From assembly GCF_022647565.1 (NCBI RefSeq), contig NZ_JALCLA010000001.1: 64,000 nt of DNA; one strand, given 5' to 3'. Of this stretch, positions 8,659 to 17,150 are shown piece after piece. This stretch comes from Chiayiivirga sp. (GTDB taxonomy: Bacteria; Pseudomonadota; Gammaproteobacteria; Xanthomonadales; Xanthomonadaceae). Below the pieces are notes generated by a model that did not search any database, was not told where the DNA came from, and saw only the letters and a program-made list of their open reading frames with translations. The stretch's first letter is position 1, and every line of letters starts with the position of its first letter. The translations under genes and the position numbers were made by a program.

Positions 8659-9855
8659 TCAGTGGGTCCACTCCAGTTGCAGCCAGAGTTTCCGGGTGTC
8701 GCGCGCGAAGCCATCGCTGCCGTAGTCGGCGAACTTGAGCAGGCCGTTCCAGCCGCGGCCCAGGTTCGCGCCGAGCGAGGCGTTCCATTCCTGCCCATAG
8801 TCGGCGTCGCCGCGTGCAGCGCGGAAGTCGTGCCAGGCCACGGCCCAGGTCAGGCGCTCGCTCCAGTTGCCGCGACCGAACTTCGCGCCCGCGCCGAGGT
8901 AGCGATCTTCCAGTCCTTGCGCCGGCGTGGTCGTGAATTTGTCGGCCCAGCCGTTGAAGGCGTGCAGGGTCGCGAGCGGGGTCTGGAATGCGTGCGTCCC
9001 GTTGCCGCCGAGGCGTTCGAATCCGGCCTTCCAGTCGATGCCGGCCCAGTGCAGCCCGGATTCGACCAGGGTGTAAGCATGGCTGAAGCGGGCGGGATTC
9101 TCGTCGTAGTCCTGCTGCCGCGCGGCTTCCACGGTCCAGCCGAAGCCCAGCGGCGATTCGGGCCACTTCCCGTTCCAGCGCAGGCCCGTGGTGCGCGTCG
9201 ATGCGGCGGCGACGTCGCGGTCGGCGACGAGATAGGCATATCCGACCAGGGTGCTGGCGGGTAGCACCCACGCCGCGTTGAGCAGGTGCGCGTCGAGCGA
9301 ACGTTCGCGGGCGAGCGGATCGCGCGCTTCGTCGCCATTGAACCGGTGCACGCGGTCGAGCCAGTGATAGCGCAGCGTCACGGCATCGCGCGGCCGCAGT
9401 TCGAACGACACTGCGTCGAAGGTCTGTTCGTTCTGGCGCCAGCCGACGTTGCCGATGAAGCGCTGGTTGTCCAGCAGCAGGCGTTGCCGGCCCGCGGCAA
9501 CCGCGGCCTGGCTGCCACGCCACTCGATCTGCAGGCGGTTGAGTTCCGTGCTGCGCGCATCGGCGACGACCGGGTAGGTGGTGTGGCCATTGGCGGTGGA
9601 GTTGAAGCGATCCGACAGTTCGGTGACGGCTTCGCCTTCAATGAGGGCGGTGAAGCCGTGGCCCAGCGGCTGGGTCCAGCCCAGGCGCAGGCGGGCGGTG
9701 TGGGCTTGCGCCTCACGCGCGAAAGCGTCGTCGTCGACGCCTTCGTAGCGGTAGCGCAGGGCGGCACTCCAGGTGCCGGTGTCGGCGGCCAGGGCCGCGC
9801 TGCTGGTGGCGGCAGACAAGGCGGCGATCAACAAGGATGGAACCAGCGGTTTCAT
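8659..9855 (-). CDS. Outer-membrane beta-barrel porin, alginate export (AlgE-like) family
   Basis: 398 aa from MKPLVPSLLIAALSAATSSAALA (signal peptide). Alternating amphipathic beta-strand pattern rich in Y/W/G/R/D. Confidence 0.7.
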   Translation of the reverse strand: MKPLVPSLLIAALSAATSSAALAADTGTWSAALRYRYEGVDDDAFAREAQAHTARLRLGWTQPLGHGFTALIEGEAVTELSDRFNSTANGHTTYPVVADARSTELNRLQIEWRGSQAAVAAGRQRLLLDNQRFIGNVGWRQNEQTFDAVSFELRPRDAVTLRYHWLDRVHRFNGDEARDPLARERSLDAHLLNAAWVLPASTLVGYAYLVADRDVAAASTRTTGLRWNGKWPESPLGFGWTVEAARQQDYDENPARFSHAYTLVESGLHWAGIDWKAGFERLGGNGTHAFQTPLATLHAFNGWADKFTTTPAQGLEDRYLGAGAKFGRGNWSERLTWAVAWHDFRAARGDADYGQEWNASLGANLGRGWNGLLKFADYGSDGFARDTRKLWLQLEWTH

Positions 9856-9913
9856 GCGACTCTCCGGGGCTATGGCACTGGAGCCACCGTGGCATGGCCT
9901 TCCGCCGGATGCC

Positions 9914-9927
9914 TTGAGCGCCGTCAA
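9914..9927. promoter_or_regulatory. Weak FNR-like palindrome TTGAGcgccGTCAA
   Basis: 8/10 match, about 60-70 nt upstream of the porin start on the minus strand. Speculative. Confidence 0.3.
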
Positions 9928-9965
9928 GCGTGCGCCAGATCCGGGCGTAGGATTGGCGTTCCGGC

Positions 9966-9979
9966 TTGATTCCGATCAA
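9966..9979. promoter_or_regulatory. Consensus FNR box TTGATtccgATCAA upstream of nirK
   Basis: Perfect 10/10 palindrome starting 82 nt upstream of the nirK ATG. GGAG lies 9 nt before the ATG. Confidence 0.65.
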
Positions 9980-10047
9980 TGCGCCCAGCCGGTGGATTGG
10001 AGGAAGCTGGCGACAATTTCCACGCATCCTGAAACGGAGCACCTGCA

Positions 10048-11577
10048 ATGAAACCACTGACAGCCCTATCATGCGCCGCCTTCGCCAGCCTGCTGTTGCT
10101 GGCAGGGTGCAAGCCGGGCAGCGACGCGGCCAGCGCCGCCAACACGGCCGCCCCGGCCGTTGTCGTAGCCGATACCGGCGGCTCGAAGAAGGGTGACTTC
10201 GGTCCGCCCCAGGGCGAGCCGGTCAAGGCCATCCTGACCAGCCCGCCGGAAGTGCCGCCACCTACTGGCCGCACGGCTCCCGCCAAGGTGATCGTCGATC
10301 TGGAAGTGGTGGAGAAGGAGCTTCCCATCGCCGAAGGTGCCACCTACACCTTCTGGACCTTCGGCGGCACCGTGCCGGGCAGCTTCATCCGCGTGCGCCA
10401 GGGCGACACGGTGGAGTTCCACCTGCACAACCACCCGGATTCCAAGATGCCGCACAACATCGACCTGCACGGTGTCACCGGGCCGGGCGGTGGCGCGGCA
10501 TCGAGCTTCACCGCGCCGGGCCACAGCTCGCAGTTCACCTTCAAGGCGCTGAACCAGGGCCTGTACGTCTACCACTGCGCCACCGCGCCGGTCGGCATGC
10601 ACGTGGCCAACGGCATGTACGGCCTGATCCTGGTCGAGCCGCCCGAAGGGCTGCCGCCGGTGGACAAGGAGTTCTACGTGATGCAGGGCGACTTCTACAC
10701 CACCACCAAGTATCGCGAGAAGGGCCACGCGCCGTTCGACATGCAGAAGGCGATCGACGAGAACCCGACCTACGTGTTGTTCAACGGCGGCGAGACCGCG
10801 CTCACCGGCGACAAGGCGCTCAAGGCCAGCGTCGGGCAGAGCGTGCGCCTGTATGTCGGCAACGGCGGCCCCAACCTGGTGTCGAGCTTCCACCTGATCG
10901 GCGAGATCTTCGACAAGGTCTGGTATGAAGGCGGCACGCGTTATCAGGAAAACGTGCAGACCACGCTGATTCCGGCCGGCGGCGCGATGATCGCGGACTT
11001 CCACCTGGAAGTGCCCGGCAGTTACGTGCTGGTCGACCACTCGATCTTCCGTGCGTTCAACAAGGGCGCGCTCGGCATCCTGAAGGTGGATGGCCCGGAG
11101 AACCTCGCGATCTACTCGGGCAAGGAAGTGGATTCCGTCTATATCGGCGACAAGGTCGCCAGCCTGGCCTCGGTGCAGACGGCGGCCACGTCCGCGGCGG
11201 CCGGCACGTTGTCGCTGGAAGAACAGGTCAACGCCGGCAAGGCGCTCTACACCGGCACCTGCTCGGTCTGCCATCAGGACAGCGGCGCCGGCATGCCGGG
11301 CGTGTTCCCGCCGCTGGCCAAGTCCGACTATCTCGCGGGGCACAGCAACGAGGAAATCATCAAGGTTGTGTTGTCCGGCCTGAACGGACCGCTCAAGGTC
11401 AATGGCCAGGACTACAACTCGGTGATGCCGCCGATGAGCCAGCTGACCGACGACGAGGTTGCCAACATCCTGACCTACGTGAAGAACAGCTGGGACAACG
11501 GTGGCGGCCGCATCTCCAAGGACGATGTGACCAAGGTGCGCGCGGCCACGCCGCGTGCCGAAGGCGCGGCGCACTGA
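10048..11577 (+). CDS. nirK: Copper-containing nitrite reductase NirK, lipoprotein form with C-terminal mono-haem cytochrome c domain
   Basis: Lipobox LLAGC. Cupredoxin Cu ligands ([27 protein letters not shown]). C-terminal CSVCH haem-binding motif with a downstream Met. Confidence 0.92.
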   Translation: MKPLTALSCAAFASLLLLAGCKPGSDAASAANTAAPAVVVADTGGSKKGDFGPPQGEPVKAILTSPPEVPPPTGRTAPAKVIVDLEVVEKELPIAEGATYTFWTFGGTVPGSFIRVRQGDTVEFHLHNHPDSKMPHNIDLHGVTGPGGGAASSFTAPGHSSQFTFKALNQGLYVYHCATAPVGMHVANGMYGLILVEPPEGLPPVDKEFYVMQGDFYTTTKYREKGHAPFDMQKAIDENPTYVLFNGGETALTGDKALKASVGQSVRLYVGNGGPNLVSSFHLIGEIFDKVWYEGGTRYQENVQTTLIPAGGAMIADFHLEVPGSYVLVDHSIFRAFNKGALGILKVDGPENLAIYSGKEVDSVYIGDKVASLASVQTAATSAAAGTLSLEEQVNAGKALYTGTCSVCHQDSGAGMPGVFPPLAKSDYLAGHSNEEIIKVVLSGLNGPLKVNGQDYNSVMPPMSQLTDDEVANILTYVKNSWDNGGGRISKDDVTKVRAATPRAEGAAH

Positions 11578-11585
11578 GTCTGGCC

Positions 11586-12365
11586 GTGCGCGCCCTATTG
11601 CCCCTGCTGCTCGTTCCCGCCCTCGGCTTCGCGGCCGAGGGCGAGTGGCTGAGGTTGCCGGGTGCCGCTGCCTTCCAGTCGGTGCTCAAGTACGAAGACA
11701 GCGCGGGCAAGGTCAAGGTCGCGCCGTTCGAGCTGATGGCGCGACCCGTTACCAACGCGCAGTTCCTCGCCTTCGTCACGCGGAATCCCGCGTGGCGGCG
11801 CGGCGAGGTGACGCCGATCTTTGCCGAGACGCGCTACCTCGAACACTGGGGCGGCGCGCTCAGCCTCGGCGCGAATGCGCGGCCGCAGCAGCCGGTGACT
11901 CGCGTGAGCTGGTTCGCCGCGGCTGCCTATTGCGAGGCCGAGGGTGCGCGCCTGCCGACCTGGTCCGAGTGGGAGTACGCGGCGGCGGCGGACGAAACCC
12001 GTGCCGACGCGCGCAGCGACCCCGCCTGGCGCGAACGCATCCTGGCCTGGTACGGCAAGCCGTCGAACCAGGCCTTGGGCGATGTCGGGCAGGCCGCCGC
12101 CGACATGCACGGCGTGCAGGACCTGCATGGACTGGTGTGGGAATGGGTGGAGGATTACTCCGCGATGCTGGTGTCCTCCGACAACCGCGACCAGGGCGAT
12201 CCGGACCTGCTGCAATTCTGCGGTGCCGGCGCGATTTCCACCGATGACCGCGAAAACTACGCCGTGCTGATGCGCATCGCCATGCTGTCGGCGCTGGAGG
12301 CCGAGGACACCACCGCCAACCTCGGGTTCCGGTGCGCCCGCGATGTGCCGGGAGTATCGCCATGA
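11586..12365 (+). CDS. nirV: NirV, formylglycine-generating-enzyme (sulfatase-modifying factor) family protein
   Basis: Signal peptide plus FGE-like motifs (RVSWFAAAAYCEAEGARLPTWSEWEYAA, HGLVWEWVEDY). Its position directly downstream of nirK matches nirV. Confidence 0.8.
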   Translation: MRALLPLLLVPALGFAAEGEWLRLPGAAAFQSVLKYEDSAGKVKVAPFELMARPVTNAQFLAFVTRNPAWRRGEVTPIFAETRYLEHWGGALSLGANARPQQPVTRVSWFAAAAYCEAEGARLPTWSEWEYAAAADETRADARSDPAWRERILAWYGKPSNQALGDVGQAAADMHGVQDLHGLVWEWVEDYSAMLVSSDNRDQGDPDLLQFCGAGAISTDDRENYAVLMRIAMLSALEAEDTTANLGFRCARDVPGVSP

Positions 12366-12943
12366 TCCGATTCTGTTTCCTGCTGCTGCTCGCGTGTGCG
12401 GCGGGCGCGGCGCAGGCCAGTGAATCCCCCCCACCGCTGCCGCCCGACTCGATCTACCGCCTCGAGGCGCCGTTCAGCGATCAGGCCGGGGTCGAATTCA
12501 CCCTCGCGCAGCGACGCGGACGTCCGCAGCTGGTGGCGATGTTCTACACCTCGTGCAAGTTCGTCTGCCCGCTGATCATCGACAGCGCCAAGGGAGTCGA
12601 ACACGGCCTGACGCCGGAAGAACGCGAGCGCCTGGGCATCGTGCTGGTGAGCCTGGACCCTGCCCGCGACGATACCGCCGCGCTCAAGTCGGTGGCCGAC
12701 AAGCGCAAGCTTGATCCCGCGCGCTGGGCGCTGGCCCGCACCGACGAGCAGAACGTGCGCAAGCTCGCGGCCCTGCTCGGGGTGCGTTACCGGGCCTTGG
12801 CCGACGGCGAGTTCAACCACACCAGCGCCCTGGTGCTGCTCGATGCCGAGGGCCGCAAGCTGGCCAGCAGCGCGCGCCTGGGTGCCACGCCCGATCCCGA
12901 ATTCATGGCCGCTGTGCGCGCCGCGCTGGCAGTGCCAGAGTGA
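12362..12943 (+). CDS. SCO1/SenC family copper chaperone (thioredoxin fold)
   Basis: CxxxC motif in YTSCKFVCP plus a conserved His. Signal/anchor sequence. ATGA overlap with nirV. Confidence 0.85.
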   Translation: MIRFCFLLLLACAAGAAQASESPPPLPPDSIYRLEAPFSDQAGVEFTLAQRRGRPQLVAMFYTSCKFVCPLIIDSAKGVEHGLTPEERERLGIVLVSLDPARDDTAALKSVADKRKLDPARWALARTDEQNVRKLAALLGVRYRALADGEFNHTSALVLLDAEGRKLASSARLGATPDPEFMAAVRAALAVPE

Positions 12944-12979
12944 GCCGGGCCGCCGCGGCACGCCGCGGCGCCGCCGTCA

Positions 12980-12993
12980 TTGACGAGAATCAA
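12980..12993. promoter_or_regulatory. FNR/Anr box TTGACgagaATCAA upstream of ccoN
   Basis: 10/10 half-sites, starting 69 nt upstream of the ccoN ATG. This is the classical arrangement for Anr-activated cbb3 operons. Confidence 0.65.
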
Positions 12994-13048
12994 GTCGCGC
13001 GCGCATCATTTCCGCCACAATAGGGCGAGATCGGAAGCGAGAGCGGGC

Positions 13049-14491
13049 ATGTCGAACGATTCCCTGAGGGAAAGCTACAACGATTCGGTGGTGCGCCAGT
13101 TCACGGTGATGACCGTGGTCTGGGGCGTGGTGGGAATGCTGGTGGGCGTGATCATCGCCGCGCAGCTGTACTGGCCCACCCTGTTCGAGGGCATTTCCTG
13201 GCTCAGCTACGGCCGCCTGCGGCCGCTGCATACCAACGCCGTCATCTTCGCGTTCGGCGGCTGCGGCCTGATCGGCACCAGCCTCTACATCGTGCAGCGC
13301 ACCTGCCACGTGCGCCTGATCAGCGATCGGCTCGCGGCCTTCGTGTTCTGGGGCTGGCAGGCAGTGATCGTGGCCGCTGCCATCACCTTGCCCATGGGTC
13401 TGTCGCAGGGCAAGGAATACGCCGAGCTGGAATGGCCGGTCGACATCCTCATCACGGCGGTCTGGGTGGCCTATGGCGTGCTGTTCTTCGGCACCATCGC
13501 CAGGCGCCGGGTCAAGCACATCTACGTCGCGAACTGGTTCTACGGCAGTTTCATCATCGCGATCGCGCTGCTGCACATCGTCAACAACCTGGCGCTGCCG
13601 GTGACGGCCACCAAGTCCTACTCGCTCTACAGCGGCGCGGTCGATGCGATGGCGCAGTGGTGGTACGGGCACAACGCGGTCGGGTTCTTCCTCACCGCCG
13701 GCTTCCTCGGGATGATGTACTACTTCGTGCCCAAGCAGGCCGGGCGGCCGGTGTATTCGTACCGACTGTCGATCGTGCATTTCTGGGCCCTGATCTCGAT
13801 CTACATGTGGGCCGGCCCGCATCACCTGCACTACACCGCGCTGCCGGACTGGGCCCAGTCGCTCGGCATGGTGTTTTCGATCATCCTGCTGGCGCCGAGC
13901 TGGGGCGGCGCGATCAACGGCGTGATGACGCTCTCGGGCGTGTGGCACAAGCTGCGCACCGATCCCATCATCAAGTTCCTGGTGGTGGCGCTGTCGTTCT
14001 ACATGATCGCGACCTTCGAGGGCCCGATGATGTCGATCAAGACGGTGAACTCGCTCAGCCACTACACCGACTGGACCGTCGGCCACGTGCATGCCGGCGC
14101 GCTGGGCTGGGTGGCGATGATCACGCTCGGTTCGATCTACGCCATGCTGCCGCGCCTGCTCGGGCTCACCCAGATGTGGTCGACGCGACTGATCGACACC
14201 CACTTCTGGGTACACACCATCGGCGTGGTGTTCTACATCGCCTCGATGTGGATCGCGGGCGTGATGCAGGGCCTGATGTGGCGCGCCACCAACGAGGACG
14301 GCACCTTGACCTACACCTTCGTCGAGTCGCTGGCCGCCACCTATCCGTATTACCTGATCCGTCTGCTCGGCGGCGTGCTGGTGCTGGCCGGCATGATCGT
14401 GATGGCCTGGAATGTATGGCAGACCTGGCGCATCGCGCGCAGCGTCGAAGATACGCTGGCGCTTGCCCCCGCCGTCGACGCGCACGCCTGA
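13049..14491 (+). CDS. ccoN: cbb3-type cytochrome c oxidase subunit I CcoN
   Basis: 480 aa, 12 TM, haem-copper His ligands ([21 protein letters not shown]). Confidence 0.93.
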   Translation: MSNDSLRESYNDSVVRQFTVMTVVWGVVGMLVGVIIAAQLYWPTLFEGISWLSYGRLRPLHTNAVIFAFGGCGLIGTSLYIVQRTCHVRLISDRLAAFVFWGWQAVIVAAAITLPMGLSQGKEYAELEWPVDILITAVWVAYGVLFFGTIARRRVKHIYVANWFYGSFIIAIALLHIVNNLALPVTATKSYSLYSGAVDAMAQWWYGHNAVGFFLTAGFLGMMYYFVPKQAGRPVYSYRLSIVHFWALISIYMWAGPHHLHYTALPDWAQSLGMVFSIILLAPSWGGAINGVMTLSGVWHKLRTDPIIKFLVVALSFYMIATFEGPMMSIKTVNSLSHYTDWTVGHVHAGALGWVAMITLGSIYAMLPRLLGLTQMWSTRLIDTHFWVHTIGVVFYIASMWIAGVMQGLMWRATNEDGTLTYTFVESLAATYPYYLIRLLGGVLVLAGMIVMAWNVWQTWRIARSVEDTLALAPAVDAHA

Positions 14492-14500
14492 GGACTGACC

Positions 14501-15154
14501 ATGAAGAACGAACATGCTCACGCCAAGGTCGAGAAGAACGTCGGCCTGATGGCAGTCCTGATTGCGGCCGTGGTGGCGTTCGGCGGCCTGGTGGAGATCG
14601 TGCCGCTGATGTACCAGGCCGAAACGATCCAGCCGCTGCCCGGGGTCAAGCCCTATCCGCCGTTGCAGCTCGCCGGTCGCGACATCTACGTGCGCGAAGG
14701 TTGCTACAACTGCCACTCGCAGATGGTGCGCACCCTGCGCTTCGAGACCGAGCGCTACGGCCACTATTCGCTGGCCGGCGAGTCGGTCTACGACCGCCCG
14801 TTCCAGTGGGGCAGCAAGCGCACCGGGCCGGACCTGGCGCGCGTCGGCGGGCGCTACTCGGACGACTGGCACCGGGTGCACCTGACCAATCCGCGCGACG
14901 TGGTGCCCGAGTCCAACATGCCCTCGTACCCGTGGCTGGCGGAAGCCGGCGTGGATGTTTCGCTCACGGTGAAGAAGGTGAAGGCGCTGCGTTCGCTGGG
15001 CGAGCCGTACACCGATGCGGAAGTCGAAGGCGCCGCCGCGAGCCTGGTCGACAAGACCGAGCTCGACGCCGTGGTGGCCTACCTGCAGGGCCTGGGTCGG
15101 CACGCGCCTGGCGTCGCGCCCGCCGCCGCCACGAGCGCCGGAGGTACGCCATGA
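14501..15154 (+). CDS. ccoO: cbb3 oxidase subunit II CcoO (mono-haem cytochrome c)
   Basis: N-terminal TM anchor, CYNCH haem motif, conserved FixO core. Confidence 0.92.
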   Translation: MKNEHAHAKVEKNVGLMAVLIAAVVAFGGLVEIVPLMYQAETIQPLPGVKPYPPLQLAGRDIYVREGCYNCHSQMVRTLRFETERYGHYSLAGESVYDRPFQWGSKRTGPDLARVGGRYSDDWHRVHLTNPRDVVPESNMPSYPWLAEAGVDVSLTVKKVKALRSLGEPYTDAEVEGAAASLVDKTELDAVVAYLQGLGRHAPGVAPAAATSAGGTP

Positions 15155-15306
15155 GCGCGGGTGATCTGTCCGGCGTGGTGACCGCGATCCTGCTCGTGGC
15201 CTTCATCGGCGGCTGGATCTGGGCCTGGCGCCCGGCGCGGCGCGCCGAGTTCGACGCCGCCGCCCGCCTTCCTCTCGACGATTCCGACCGCGAGCCCCGC
15301 GCATGA
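15151..15306 (+). CDS. ccoQ: cbb3 oxidase subunit CcoQ (51 aa single-TM)
   Basis: [28 protein letters not shown]... ATGA overlaps with both ccoO and ccoP. GGAGG lies 7 nt upstream. It is hidden inside a long spurious ORF in the track. Confidence 0.6.
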   Translation: MSAGDLSGVVTAILLVAFIGGWIWAWRPARRAEFDAAARLPLDDSDREPRA

Positions 15307-16217
15307 GTCCGTTCTGGTCCTGGTTCATCATTGTCCTCGTCGTCCTGCACCTGGTCGGCTATGTCTGGCTGCTGTGGTGGACCGGCCGTCGCCTGCCCGG
15401 TGACCCGGGTCCGGATGAAACCAGCCATTACTGGGACGGCGACATCACCGAGTACAACAAGCCGATGCCGCGCTGGTGGCTGATCGGCTTCTACCTGAGC
15501 ATCGTGTTCGGCGTGGCTTACCTGGCTTGGTATCCGGGCCTGGGCAGCTTCACCGGCGTGGGAGGCTGGACCTCGGGCGGGGAGCACGACATCGATCGCG
15601 CCGATGGCGATGCGCGACTGGCCGCCGTGTTCGCCCAGTTCAAGGATCGACCGCTCGATGCGCTGGCACGCGATCCGCTGGCGCTGCAGCATGGCAAGGC
15701 GATCTTCGCGAACCATTGCACCACCTGCCACGGCTCCGATGCGCGCGGTGCCAAGGGCTTTCCCAACCTCACCGATGACATCTGGCACTGGGGCGGCAGC
15801 GCCGATGCCATTCTCGCCACCGTGACCCACGGCCGCCAGGCCGCGATGCCTGCGCTGGGTGCCACGCTGGGTGGCGAAGCCGGCATCACCGAAACGGCCG
15901 TCTACGTGCAATCGCTGTCGGGGCAGAAGGTGGACCCGGCCCTGGCGGTGGCGGGCAAGGCACGCTACGCCGGCATCTGCGCCGCCTGTCATGGCCCCGA
16001 GGGCAAGGGCAATCAGGCCTTGGGTGCGCCCGATCTCACCGACGACTACTGGCTCTATGGCGGCGACTTCGCCACGATTCGCGAAGGCATCGTCACTGGC
16101 CGCAACGGCATGATGCCGGCGCACGAGCCGATCCTCGGCGAGGCGCGCGCGCGTCTGGTGGCGGCCTGGGTCTTGTCCTTGTCGCAGCCGGCGGCGAAGG
16201 CGGACGCTGCGCGATGA
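15303..16217 (+). CDS. ccoP: cbb3 oxidase subunit III CcoP (di-haem cytochrome c)
   Basis: TM anchor plus two CxxCH motifs (CTTCH, CAACH). Confidence 0.92.
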   Translation: MSPFWSWFIIVLVVLHLVGYVWLLWWTGRRLPGDPGPDETSHYWDGDITEYNKPMPRWWLIGFYLSIVFGVAYLAWYPGLGSFTGVGGWTSGGEHDIDRADGDARLAAVFAQFKDRPLDALARDPLALQHGKAIFANHCTTCHGSDARGAKGFPNLTDDIWHWGGSADAILATVTHGRQAAMPALGATLGGEAGITETAVYVQSLSGQKVDPALAVAGKARYAGICAACHGPEGKGNQALGAPDLTDDYWLYGGDFATIREGIVTGRNGMMPAHEPILGEARARLVAAWVLSLSQPAAKADAAR

Positions 16218-16510
16218 GCGACTCGGCGGCGGTCGCCTTCGATCATCCGCCGCGCCCCCTGGCGCAGCGACTCGGCGCGATACTCTGGCCGAGCTTCTTT
16301 GCCGCTGGGGTGTCGACGATGGTGTTCTTTGCCTTCGTCGATCCGCTCGAGCTGCGCGACATGACCTTCCCGTCGATCGAGGTTTCGCGCGGACTGGGTT
16401 ACACGATCGGATTTTTCATGTTCTGGCTCGCGACGGCGAGTTCCAGCCTGTTCACGTGGATATTGTTGCGACCGGCAAGTCGGTTCAATCGGCCATTGAG
16501 AAGGGAATGA
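16214..16510 (+). CDS. Hypothetical 2-TM membrane protein downstream of ccoP
   Basis: ATGA overlap with the ccoP stop; high GC3 through about nt 16450. GC3 collapses in the last ~20 codons, where the ORF runs into the repeat element. Confidence 0.45.
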   Translation: MSDSAAVAFDHPPRPLAQRLGAILWPSFFAAGVSTMVFFAFVDPLELRDMTFPSIEVSRGLGYTIGFFMFWLATASSSLFTWILLRPASRFNRPLRRE

Positions 16511-16577
16511 TGGGTCGTTGCCTGTCGCATGTTTCTGCGGGGTGGCGGTTTCGCTTCTCTCGCGCGAAGCGGGTTTA

Positions 16578-17088
16578 TCGCGAGGTTTCGTCCGCCTCGG
16601 CGGCGGCCGAGTTACTTCTCTTTGCATGCCCAAAGCGAAGTAACCAAGAGAAAGGGCACCCGGAGATCGCGCCCGCCTTTGGCGGGTTCGCGTCGGGCCT
16701 ACGGGGTTTCTCGACGGTACGTCCGTGTACCGACGAGAAACTCGCGCGCTTCCTGCGCGCGCCCGCTGTCGCGGCTGATCCTCCGGCCCGCCGCCGCGAT
16801 TTACGGGAAGGTAGATCAAGAGCGAAAAGCAGAGGCGCGCGGGCGGTGGTTCTTGGCTCTCCCTTCCCGTCTCGGGCGCCGAGCAGCGCAGCCGGGCTCG
16901 GGGGAAAGGCGCGCATGTTTGAGGCCATGGATGGCCGAGTTCGCGCCGGCCCGAGTCTGGCGAGCAGCGCAGGGCTCCGCGCGCAGCGCGGCGCCAGAGT
17001 CGGGCGTGCTTTCTCTTGCCCACTTCTCTTTGCACGAGCAAAGAGAAGTGGGTCGGCCGCCGCCGAGGCGGACGAAACTTCGCGACGA
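16578..17088. repeat. ~510 bp MITE-like composite element with ~80 nt terminal inverted repeats, each containing a stem-loop
   Basis: The left arm (16578-16655) and the reverse complement of the right arm (17009-17088) are about 85% identical, sharing GTTTCGTCCGCCTCGGCGGCGGCCGA and a hairpin CTTCTCTTTGC-N4/6-GCAAAGAGAAG. The interior holds further hairpins and no convincing ORF. Confidence 0.55.
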
Positions 17089-17150
17089 ACTCGCATCAAG
17101 CGAGCAGAGCCGAACCCCTTCATCGGCCTGACGATAGGACGCCGGTCCCG

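Noticed and set aside
8250-8798. Full 182 aa extent of the DUF2249-containing ORF, and the upstream extensions of several other track ORFs (for example 47943..48902, 56598..57584, 58923..59963, 38976..40067, 40728..41255)
   Set aside because: The conserved domain begins at an internal Met in each case. The upstream parts are Pro/Arg/Ala-rich with poor GC3 or run into repeats or neighbouring genes, so they were trimmed to internal starts.
12977-15103. 708 aa minus-strand ORF antisense to ccoN/ccoO, and the 624 aa plus-strand ORF 13432..15306
   Set aside because: Both are GC-rich frame artefacts overlapping ccoN and ccoO. Only the last 51 codons of the plus-strand ORF are real (ccoQ).
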